From Longimicrobiales bacterium (lineage in GTDB: Bacteria > Gemmatimonadota > Gemmatimonadetes > Longimicrobiales > Gaopeijiaceae): a DNA stretch of 64,000 nt. The DNA lies in NCBI GenBank assembly GCA_965203485.1, contig OZ241892.1, positions 1-64,000 on the forward strand, written 5' to 3'. A program made the translations under genes and the position numbers. The number at the start of each line of letters is the position of its first letter. Within the stretch, counting starts at the first letter, position 1. Below, piece by piece: positions 9,614 through 18,449 of this stretch. The notes under the pieces were generated by a model that was given only the letters and a program-made list of their open reading frames with translations, made no database searches and was not told the DNA's origin.

Positions 9614-10789
9614 ATGTTCGCGATAGCGAATCATTGAAGTGACGAGCAATCGATCTTGCCCCATGAGGCTCGTTGTGCGCAACAAGACACGATCATTGTA
9701 TGCGTCTACAACATCAACCTGTCGATGTACCTTAACACGAAAAGCTACTTCTTGCTGACCAACATCCCGAACATGCCAATAGACACTGTCGTCCGCGGGC
9801 ATTGGAAGCAATCTGAACCAAATGCGATCGGAGGCATCGACGAACAACTCGTCAACAGGAGGGGCCACGTCGTTGGCCGGCACCGGCAACATGTCGGCGG
9901 CAACGAGATCGGGAAAGAAGATTTGCAGGCCGGTGGTCTTCGCAAGATAGCTGTACCGTCGTCGCTCGATACGGCTGTATCGATGGTCCGCCAACACGAC
10001 TAGCCGCCGCTCGGCATCGATTTGACCAAGAGACACGGAACGTCGATAGCCGGGCAAAGGCGACTGGAATATAGTGTCGCCGGTGCGATCTACGAAAACT
10101 GCCGCATCGTTGTTGGTCTGAACGATGACAAAATAATTGCGCGAGCAGGCCGTGAGCGTCTTGTGACCGAAGATCACAGGCACGGATCGAAGGCTCCGCC
10201 ACTGGCCGTTCTGCATCGGCAACCGTACGGTCTCATCTCCTGCCACGACCGCGATCGGCCGGAGGTGCTCGTTTCTAGTTCTGGCCGAGTAACGCGCAGT
10301 ATCGCGACGGATCCGGGCTTCGAGGTCGAGTGAGCCAGGCGGTATCGGAAGAGATCTAGATCGGCCGATGAGGGTGCCGTCAGCCAACGAGCATGTCGGT
10401 TGCCAGGACCTTGGATCGTACTTTCCGGCGTCAACCATCCCGTCGTCCGTGATCTCGCCGAGCGACCCGCTATCGTCGTCTGCGGTGATGATCCCGCCCG
10501 TCGACAACCGGCCAATGAGGCGAATTGTAGATGGGAGATCCGACGCCGTGGCCGTCAATGGCCTAGTTTGGCCTGTTTCGTCCGACTCGTATGCCTGTCT
10601 AGTGGAGTCGTCGACGAATACGTACTTGCCTTCGTTCACGAGCATGGCCGCTCCCAGCCATGCAACCCGGACGCCGGCGTGCTCGCCGCTCCCGTGAAGC
10701 GGGAAGAGCGGGTCATCGGACGGCCGAACGATTCGGGTGTCCTGATTGACGCTGACGGACAGCAACAGCAAAAATGAAGTTGTTGTCAT
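9545..10789 (-). CDS. Secreted 6-bladed beta-propeller-like protein, paralog of the C-terminal domain of 7455-9227
   Basis: Short hydrophobic N-terminus MTTTSFLLLLSVSV; PPVDELFVDASDRIWFR...VDVVDAYNDRVLL matches PAIDKLFVDFDGRLWLR...LELLDAAGSHVLL in the neighbouring gene. Confidence 0.75.
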   Translation of the reverse strand: MTTTSFLLLLSVSVNQDTRIVRPSDDPLFPLHGSGEHAGVRVAWLGAAMLVNEGKYVFVDDSTRQAYESDETGQTRPLTATASDLPSTIRLIGRLSTGGIITADDDSGSLGEITDDGMVDAGKYDPRSWQPTCSLADGTLIGRSRSLPIPPGSLDLEARIRRDTARYSARTRNEHLRPIAVVAGDETVRLPMQNGQWRSLRSVPVIFGHKTLTACSRNYFVIVQTNNDAAVFVDRTGDTIFQSPLPGYRRSVSLGQIDAERRLVVLADHRYSRIERRRYSYLAKTTGLQIFFPDLVAADMLPVPANDVAPPVDELFVDASDRIWFRLLPMPADDSVYWHVRDVGQQEVAFRVKVHRQVDVVDAYNDRVLLRTTSLMGQDRLLVTSMIRYREHGQLPASGRVRIKHHSTQEEGKP

Positions 10790-10885
10790 TGGTGGTCTGT
10801 TGTGAGTCGGCTGAATACTGGGCCGCGCATGGCCGCTCCTTGCCCTGGATGTTCTGAAGATGCACGACGACCGCAAAACTGGATG

Positions 10886-11707
10886 TCAAAAACGATCAGG
10901 CCGCAACCGGTCCGGCATGGGGCGGTCGGCAGTCCACCGCTGCCGGAGCTGCTCGGCGACGTAGGCGGCGCCACCCCGCCGGCGGAGTTCAGACGGTCGG
11001 TAGCCCAGCTCGTGGCGGGTTGAGCGGACGCAGTTGGCGTAGTCGGACCAGCCCAGCGCCAGCGCGACGGTCCGTAGCGGCTTGCCGCTCCACTCGGCCA
11101 ACCGCTGCACGTGGAACAAGCGCGCAAGGGCGACGAGCCTCCGCGGAGTCGGCAACCCCCATGCCGCGCATCTCCGACGGAGCGTGGGAGGGCTGACGTG
11201 CAGGGAGCGCGCCAAATCGGAGACCCGGCGACGCTGGACCGTGACGGCCAGAAGACGCGCGATAAAGGGGTGGGCGGCAATGGGCGCGGCGCGCTTCAGC
11301 GCCCCCGCCAACGCCTCGACCTCGTGCTTGGCGGCCGTCTGGAGAACCGTCCAGCCGATCGCGTTCAGCTGGTCGGTGGAGCCGGGGATCAAGCAAGCGG
11401 CGAACACGACGCCGGCGTCCTCGAGGCTACGGCGCCGGTCGGCGTCGAGGTCGCCATAGAAGATCATTGGTGACGCGGGGTGCGCTCGCTGGAACGCCGC
11501 CGCGTCTTCGGGCAGGCCTTCGTCGGCGCGAAACGGATCCACGAAGACCGGCGAGCCCGGCCGCCGTCCGGCAAGCTCCGCGAGCTCCTGCCATCCGGCG
11601 GCGAACCGCACCCCGCCCACGAGCTCCAAGGAGCCACCCGCTCGTACGCCGGCCCGAATGCGGCTCCGAAGGCGCGGGCTTTCTTCCAAGGCGAGCGTGG
11701 AAGGCAC
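10886..11707 (-). CDS. AraC-family transcriptional regulator
   Basis: C-terminal double HTH: VSDLARSLHVSPPTLRRRC...LRTVALALGWSDYANCVRSTRHELGYRPSELR. Confidence 0.85.
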   Translation of the reverse strand: MPSTLALEESPRLRSRIRAGVRAGGSLELVGGVRFAAGWQELAELAGRRPGSPVFVDPFRADEGLPEDAAAFQRAHPASPMIFYGDLDADRRRSLEDAGVVFAACLIPGSTDQLNAIGWTVLQTAAKHEVEALAGALKRAAPIAAHPFIARLLAVTVQRRRVSDLARSLHVSPPTLRRRCAAWGLPTPRRLVALARLFHVQRLAEWSGKPLRTVALALGWSDYANCVRSTRHELGYRPSELRRRGGAAYVAEQLRQRWTADRPMPDRLRPDRF

Positions 11708-11716
11708 CGCCCGCCC

Positions 11717-12313
11717 TCAGTCCAACGCCAGTTCGAGCACGTCCTCCATGCTCCTGAGCTTGCGGCAGGCGCGGCGAATCACCTTGTCCGCCGTCTTCGG
11801 GGACACCTCCATCTTCCGGGCCACCTCCGCCAACGGCAGATCGTCCACGTGCCGGGCAAGCAACGCGTCGCGCTCCTTCCTGCCAAGGCGCTTCAAGGCC
11901 GCGCGCACGACACGCGCCCGGCGCTTGGCCCGGCGATCGGCCTCCACGTCGATCCGCCGGTCTACGACCTCCCCGACCTCATCCAGCGACACCGCACCGT
12001 CCCGGCGCGAGCGCCGCAGCTCCATCTTCCAGATGTTGCGCATGACGGCCACGGCCCAAGCCCGGTACGACCCCTTGCCCGAGTAGCTGTCTCGCCGCTC
12101 CCACATGCGGATCAGCGTGTTCTGCACCAGTTCGTCGGCCGCGTTGGCGTCCTTGGCCAGCGACAGCGCGAACGTCCGCAACGAGCCCTCCAGGCCGCGG
12201 ACGCGACGGTCGAAGCAGGCCCGCTCCGAGTCGTTGCGGCCGTCTCCGGTCCTTGACGGCGGCTTGTCTCCTCCCATGTCGTCCTCCGTTCCATCGCCGA
12301 GCTGCCCGGACAT
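11717..12313 (-). CDS. ECF-type RNA polymerase sigma factor
   Basis: Region 2 AADELVQNTLIRMWE...SYRAWAVAVMRN; region 4 ALKRLGRKERDALLAR...LAEVARKMEVSPKT; start uncertain. Confidence 0.85.
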   Translation of the reverse strand: MSGQLGDGTEDDMGGDKPPSRTGDGRNDSERACFDRRVRGLEGSLRTFALSLAKDANAADELVQNTLIRMWERRDSYSGKGSYRAWAVAVMRNIWKMELRRSRRDGAVSLDEVGEVVDRRIDVEADRRAKRRARVVRAALKRLGRKERDALLARHVDDLPLAEVARKMEVSPKTADKVIRRACRKLRSMEDVLELALD

Positions 12314-12645
12314 CGCTCGGTCCTCGTCCACGCACGCGGTCCTGCGCGCCGTGCCGGGCAGATGCTTGCGGGCAAGCAGTTCCTGCCCCGTTTCCTTGCT
12401 ACACCGCGGTGCCGCGAAATGTTCCCGGCGGCCCGTACCCTCCATTCCTTGGGGCCGGAGGCAGGCGGGCTCGGCGACGCCTCGACGAGGGCATCCGCCC
12501 TTGCCGAGGGACTGCGACTGCCTGCCTCCCATCGGAGACGACGCGCACGGCGCACGCGCTTAATGAAGACGCTCGCGCGATCCGAACCGGAGTGTCGGAA
12601 TTCGTCACGCCCGGATGGGCAGGCCCCCGGCGACTCCCGGCCTAG

Positions 12646-14174
12646 CAGTCCGTGGACAAAGTCCCGGCGCGCCGGCGATTTGGTGGGGAGTAGATTGGAG
12701 GGACGGAACGATTCCCTTGAAGGAGGACGGCGATGGCGTTGGGCAAGCGTCGGAGCGAGCGGCAGCAGGCGTTGTTCGTGGCGACGAGCAAGATCAGCGC
12801 GTCCGAGCACCCGTTCTACCGCGCGCTGGACAGGCTGTTGCGGGAGGACGGCTTCGACGAGTTCGCGGAGGAGGTGTGCGCCGAGTTCTACGCGGGCAAC
12901 GTGGGCCGTCCGGGGATTCCTCCGGGGGTGTACTTTCGGGCGCTGATGGTGGGGTACCTGGAGGGCATCTCGTCGGAGCGGGGCATCGCCTGGCGGTGCA
13001 GGGACTCGTTTTCGTTGCGTGCGTTCCTGGGGTACGAGCTGACGAGGAACCCGCCGGACCATTCGAGCCTGTCGAAGACGCGCAAGCGGCTGAGCGTGGA
13101 GGCGCACGTCGCAGTGTTCGCGCGCGTGTTGCGGCTGCTGGACGACTCGGGGCTGTTGGGAGGCGGGACGCTGGGCGTGGACTCGACGACGCTGGAGGCG
13201 AACGCGGCGATGCGCTCGATCGTGCGGCGGGACGGGGGCGCGGGCTACGAGGCGTGGCTGCGGGAGCTGGCGCGGTCGTCGGGGATCGAGACGCCGACGC
13301 GCGAGGAGTTGGCGAAGCTGGACCGAAAGCGTCCGAAGAAGGGGTCGAACGCGGAGTGGGTGCATCCGGGGGACCCGGAGGCGCGGATCACGAAGATGAA
13401 GGACGGGCGCACGCGGCTGGGTCACAAGCTGGAGCAGGCGGTGGACCTGGAGTCGGGCGCGGTGGTGGGCATGACGGTGCAGACGACGGACGGGGGCGAC
13501 GCGGCGTCGTTGCCGGAGACGCTGGACGAGGCGGAGCGGCGGCTGGCGGAGCTGGGGGCTGGGGCGGCGGAAGTGGTGTGCGACAAGGGCTATCACTCGA
13601 ACAAGACGATGACGGAGTTGGAGGACCGGGGGCTGCGCGGCTACGTGAGCGAGCCCGCGCGCGGTCGGCGGAGCTGGAAGCAGAACAAGGAAGCCCAGAA
13701 GCCGGTCTACGCGAACCGGCGGCGGATTCGGGGCGAGCGCGGCAAGGCGCTGCTGAGGATGCGGGGCGAGAAGCTCGAGCGCTCGTTCGCGCACCTGCTG
13801 GGGACGGGCGGACTTCGCCGCGTGCACGTGCGTGGCCACGAGGACATCCGCAAGCGGATGCTGATTCACGTCGCCGCCTTCAACCTCGGGCTGCTCATGC
13901 GAAGACGCTTCGGCGTCGGCACGCCACGAGGCCTGCAGGGCCGCCCCGCCGCAGCGCAAGCTGTGCTCGATTCCTGCGCGACGGGCGCCGCAGGCTCCGT
14001 TTTGCGCCGATTTTGCCGCCAAATCGCCGCTCTCGAGCCGCTTCGACGCCTCTCGGGGCCGCTCCAAGCCCTATTGCGCGACTTCCGCGCGTTCGCGCCT
14101 TCGAGAGCCCGGTAAACCGCCGTGTCCCACCAAGTTTCGTCGCGGACGCGCCAAGCCCGTTTGTCCACGGGCTG
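12646..14174 (+). mobile_element. Insertion sequence, IS1182/IS5-like, 1529 bp
   Basis: 15-bp terminal IRs cagtccgtggacaaa (12646-12660) and tttgtccacgggctg (14160-14174), one mismatch; CTAG target duplication at 12642-12645 and 14175-14178. Confidence 0.92.
12733..14115 (+). CDS. DDE transposase (IS1182-like, DUF772 N-terminus)
   Basis: GRPGIPP...GISSER...PDHSSLS; VDSTTLEANA, CDKGY and KLERSFA catalytic-region motifs; GGAGG RBS. Confidence 0.92.
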   Translation: MALGKRRSERQQALFVATSKISASEHPFYRALDRLLREDGFDEFAEEVCAEFYAGNVGRPGIPPGVYFRALMVGYLEGISSERGIAWRCRDSFSLRAFLGYELTRNPPDHSSLSKTRKRLSVEAHVAVFARVLRLLDDSGLLGGGTLGVDSTTLEANAAMRSIVRRDGGAGYEAWLRELARSSGIETPTREELAKLDRKRPKKGSNAEWVHPGDPEARITKMKDGRTRLGHKLEQAVDLESGAVVGMTVQTTDGGDAASLPETLDEAERRLAELGAGAAEVVCDKGYHSNKTMTELEDRGLRGYVSEPARGRRSWKQNKEAQKPVYANRRRIRGERGKALLRMRGEKLERSFAHLLGTGGLRRVHVRGHEDIRKRMLIHVAAFNLGLLMRRRFGVGTPRGLQGRPAAAQAVLDSCATGAAGSVLRRFCRQIAALEPLRRLSGPLQALLRDFRAFAPSRAR

Positions 14175-14557
14175 CTAGGCGATCCTCCCAAGGCGGCGTC
14201 GGCCGGACGCCGAGCGCCGAGCGTGCGGCCTGCGCCGCTCATGTCATGGGTTGCCACGAACCCCACGCAATGTTGCAGCGTGAGACCCCGGCGATACCAG
14301 CGGCGACAGGAGCGCTCGCTCGCCGATCGCGCTGAAACGTGTCGCCGAACGCACCTCGCCGCCGCCGCAATCGGGGAAGTCGGCGGTCCGGCCGCGGCAT
14401 TTCGGGCGGCTCCGGGGGGCGACGGCGGCCCGCCGACCTGCCTCGCGACGGCCCATGGACTATCATCAGTCAATCAGTCAAGACGCCGGGCGCAGGCGCG
14501 TCCCTTGGCCCGAAGCCAGCCGACCGCGGTCCGGCCGCTTCGTTTCCCATCCCCGAC

Positions 14558-15328
14558 ATGAAGCTTCCCTTCAAGCTTGACCGGCCCATCGTCTTCTTCG
14601 ACGTGGAGACGACCGGTCTCAGCCTGTCCGACGACCGCATCGTCGAGCTCGCGATCGTCAAAGTGTCGCCCAATGGGGACATGCTGGAACGGGAACGCCG
14701 CTACAACCCCGAACGGCCCATCCCCCCCGAGGTTACGGCCATTCACGGGATAACGGACGCGGACGTCGCCGGAGAGCACCCGTTTCGGCGGCGCGCCAAG
14801 GCGGTTGCCGGGATGATGGAGGGTTGCGACCTGGGCGGATTCAACATCCGCCGGTTCGACTTGCCGGTTCTGATGGCGGAGTTCAAGCGGGCCGGAGTGC
14901 CGTTCGCGATCGGCGACCGCCGACTCGTGGACATGAAGATGATCTTCCACCGGCAGGAGCCCCGCGACCTCTCCGCGGCGGCCCGGTTCTACCTCGGACG
15001 CGACCACCAGGACGCCCACTCGGCCGTCGGCGACATCCGCACGGCCGTCGCGGTCCTGTCGGCCCAGCTCGACCGCTACGACCTGCCCCGCAACATGGCC
15101 GGACTCCATGCCTACTGCGACGATATCGCCCCCTTCAAGAGCGAATTCAACCGCTGGTTCGCGAAAGAGCCGCTCGGCCTCGTCTTCGACCGCGGCAAGC
15201 ACAAGGGCGCGCCTCTGGCCGAGGTCGCCGCAACCGCTCCCGACTACCTGGAGTGGATGCTGGACGACGCCCAGGACTTCGGCGACGAGGTGAAGGACGC
15301 CGTGCGGGCGGCGCTGCGGGCCAGGTAG
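14558..15328 (+). CDS. DnaQ-like DEDDh 3'-5' exonuclease, copy 1
   Basis: FFDVETTG, GFNIRRFD, HSAVGD; C-terminal FDRGKHKG..PDYLEW domain. Confidence 0.9.
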   Translation: MKLPFKLDRPIVFFDVETTGLSLSDDRIVELAIVKVSPNGDMLERERRYNPERPIPPEVTAIHGITDADVAGEHPFRRRAKAVAGMMEGCDLGGFNIRRFDLPVLMAEFKRAGVPFAIGDRRLVDMKMIFHRQEPRDLSAAARFYLGRDHQDAHSAVGDIRTAVAVLSAQLDRYDLPRNMAGLHAYCDDIAPFKSEFNRWFAKEPLGLVFDRGKHKGAPLAEVAATAPDYLEWMLDDAQDFGDEVKDAVRAALRAR

Positions 15329-15852
15329 GCGATCCAAAGTCGCGCCCGTCCGTGCGACGCCTGAACCGCTCGCCATTGTGTTGCCGCGGTCGGATTTCGC
15401 CCCCGATACGTCAGAAGATGGATTTGGGCCAGTTCACCTCAAACATCTTGATGATCCGCTCGATTTCCTCCGTGCGATCATTCAGATCGTTGCGAGAGAG
15501 TCGCCTCGGTTGATCGAAGGACCGCAAGGGATTGATGTCGTTGGCGTGGAAAGGGACTTGATTGGTAGATCGCTCTCTGAACCACCGGCCCTGCCAGTTG
15601 TAGAGTATTGTATTGCCAAACAAAGTGTCATGCCTGCGATAAGGATCGTTCCTATTCCACCACGCTCCTGCAAAGGCCCACGCTCTCGTAAGCAATCCCC
15701 TGATAGCTGACGGCTTCAGACAATAGACAGAAAGGATATCTGTGCCATTTGCATTTGATTGAACGATTTCCTGCCAAATCGAAAGCGTCCAGTTTGTACG
15801 TATCTCGATGATGATATCAGAACAAGTCGAATCACCATCCCCAATCTGCCTA

Positions 15853-16710
15853 GAACCTATCTCAAAAGGCCGAGATGGTTGAAGAAGATGCAGATGGCGG
15901 ACAGTTGGACGAACGCCAGGAAGTTCTCGGGATGATATTCCCAACGGACCAACAGCCGGCGCTTCCACTGCATCCACCCGAAGAACCGCTCGACAATCCA
16001 TCGTCGCTTCGCCCGCCGAAGCCGACGACCGTCCTGCGTCCGCGGCCGCGTTCGATTGCGCCGGTGCGGCGCGATCATCTCGATGCCTCGCGCACGCAAG
16101 GCCGCGTCCAGCGGGTCGCTGTCGTACGCCTTGTCGCCGATCAAGTTTGCCGGCGTGTCGTCCGTGAACGCCAAGTCCAGCGACAACTGGACGAGCGTCG
16201 CCTCGTGAGGATTCGCAGGATGCGTGCTCAACGACAGCGGAAGACCGCAACGGTCCACGACCGCCATGATATTCACGCCCTTGCCCGCCTTGGTGTTTCC
16301 CACGCCCGCCCCGCCTTCCCTTCGCCCGCGCGAACGACGCGTCCACGTATGCCTCCGCGCCGTCGAAGAGACCCCGTTGCCTCGCTTCCCCCGCCAAGTC
16401 CCTCAGCACCCGTTCGAGCACGCCCGTCCGGACCCAAGTCTGGAACCTCCGGTGCACGGTCTTGTAGTTCGGATAGCAGTCCGGCAGAAAGCTCCACTGG
16501 GCGCCCGTGTGCAGAATCCACAGCACAGCCTCGAACACGCGCCGGGCGGGCACCGGCGGCCGCCCCAGCCGCTTCCCCTTTTGCGCTTCCTCGGGAAAGT
16601 GGTGGCGAATCCGCTCCCACTGCTCGTCGCTCAGCTTCACCGTCGTCATGCCTCGAAGATAAACAACTCCCCGGCCCATCGCAACCCATCATGCTTTTTG
16701 AGATAGGTTC
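15853..16710 (-). mobile_element. Insertion sequence, IS5 family (IS427-like), 858 bp
   Basis: Perfect 15-bp IRs gaacctatctcaaaa / ttttgagataggttc; TA duplication at 15851-15852 and 16711-16712. Confidence 0.92.
15857..16649 (-). CDS. IS5-family transposase split into two frames (orfA/orfB)
   Basis: orfA LSDEQWERI...AVLWILHTGAQWSFLP...TVHRRFQTW...YVDASF; orfB MAVVDRCG...GDKAYD...RWIVERFFGW; frame change near 16310-16320. Confidence 0.85.
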
Positions 16711-17621
16711 TAAGCTTAAGGCCATGTTTGTCTGAACTAGCGTCACTCCTGCAGTGATAGGCAAATATAGGCGAATCTCCGACGTGTGCCATTTCCAGGA
16801 CAGATCGTTTGTAATCTTCACTGATCACGTCGAGCGCGTCCATGACTTCGCCGACACGTGCCGTGGTCCAGAGTGATTGGATACATGCATTGCCGTTGCT
16901 TCCGTTTGGAGGACATTCAATCATTGCCTCCAAGCGCGATGTCGCTCTCGATGTTCTATCCGTCATATCGCCATATCTTTCTGCATCATTCATGGCCTTA
17001 GCAACGAGTTGTGCAAGACTGAGCGGATCAGAAAAACACGCTCGATGATGACCTGTCACATAATCTTCCACTCCAGCGATGAACTTCTGTTGGTGCTCGT
17101 CTGGACATATGCCTTCCTGTCGGAACGCGTATATGGGCTTGTGCAGTCTCTTCGCTTCTTCGTATTCTTCTTCGGTTGCCGACTTGCCGGACGGGGTAAC
17201 GAATCCGTAGCGTTCGCCTAAGAGCAACACCAGCACATCCGCGCTCTTGACGCCGTCGAGGCAGCTATTGCGGGGCGACGCCGGGCGGGATGGGAAGTCC
17301 TCCGCGCAGACGGGCAGGTGGCCTGCGTCGTGGACTCCCTGGCACGTAGCAACGCGGTAGACGTTGTAGCCCTTCATCGGAGAGCTTGCGAAGGCACGAA
17401 GAGGTTGCGGTAGCGTCATGGCTTGGATCAAGGGGCGCCGCCGCGCTCGCCGGCGATGGAGAGGGCGGAGATGACGAGCGACGTCAAATCTAGCCATGCC
17501 GCGGCTGGCCGAGGTACGCGTTGCGATCCGGCGTCAGGACGGGCGACGGTGGGGAGAACGCGCTAGATTGGAGCAACCGGCGCAGAACCCGCCTGTCCCC
17601 CTGCCTTTCTCCGGCGCTTCC

Positions 17622-18449
17622 ATGAGCCTCCCGTTCGACCTCGACCGTCCGCTCGTCTTCTTCGACTTGGAGACCACGGGCACTAATCGCGTTCGCGACC
17701 GGATCGTCGAGATGGCGGCGGTCAAGGTGCATCCGGACGGGAGCCGGGACGAGCGCGTCCGGCGGTTCCATCCGGGGATTCCGATCCCGGAGGATGCGAC
17801 GAGCGTGCACGGCATCTCGGACGAGGACGTGGCCAACGAGCCGCCGTTCGCCAGCCGGGCCAAGTCGCTTGCCGAGTTCTTGGGGACGTGCGACTTGGCG
17901 GGCTTCAACATCCGCCGCTTCGATCTGCCGATGCTCTTGGCGGAGTTTCGGCGGGCGGCAGTCCTGTTCGAAGTGGGCGACCGGCGCCTGGTGGACGTCC
18001 AGACGGTCTTTCATCGCGAAGAGCCGCGCGACTTGACGGCGGCGGCGAAGTTCTACTTGGGCCGCGCGCCCGAGCGAGCGCATTCGGGAGAAGGCGACGT
18101 CCGCACTACGATCGCCGTCATGGCGGCGCAGTTGGAGAAGTACGACGACTTGCCCCGCACCGTCCAGGGACTGCATGCGTACTGCGACGAGTTCGCGCCC
18201 TTCGAATCCGAGTTCGCCCGCTGGTTCTCGAAGACGCCGGCCGGTGTGCTCGTCTTCCGCCGGGGCAAGCACCGGGGCGCGCCGCTCGACGAGGTGGCCC
18301 AGACTGCGCCCGACTACCTGGAATGGATGCTTCGCGCCGACGACATGGACTCGGACGTGCGCGACGCCGCAACGGCCGCCTTGGCCCGCTTCGACCCCAG
18401 CCAAACCAGGCTGGCGCTCCCGCAACAACAACCGGAACGCGACTCATGA
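17622..18449 (+). CDS. DnaQ-like DEDDh 3'-5' exonuclease, copy 2
   Basis: FFDLETTG, GFNIRRFD, HSGEGD, FRRGKHRG..PDYLEW; collinear with copy 1. Confidence 0.9.
   Translation: MSLPFDLDRPLVFFDLETTGTNRVRDRIVEMAAVKVHPDGSRDERVRRFHPGIPIPEDATSVHGISDEDVANEPPFASRAKSLAEFLGTCDLAGFNIRRFDLPMLLAEFRRAAVLFEVGDRRLVDVQTVFHREEPRDLTAAAKFYLGRAPERAHSGEGDVRTTIAVMAAQLEKYDDLPRTVQGLHAYCDEFAPFESEFARWFSKTPAGVLVFRRGKHRGAPLDEVAQTAPDYLEWMLRADDMDSDVRDAATAALARFDPSQTRLALPQQQPERDS

Larger units (their letters stand above)
15411..17419 (-). pseudogene. DUF4062-domain protein gene interrupted by an IS (382 aa when rejoined)
   Basis: N-terminus RAFASS...CLDGVKSADVLVLLLGERYG...SATEEEYEEA is DUF4062-like. Removing 15853-16710 and one TA rejoins KHGLKL to RQIGDGD in frame through the stop at 15411. 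Visibly lower GC than its neighbours. Confidence 0.85.
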
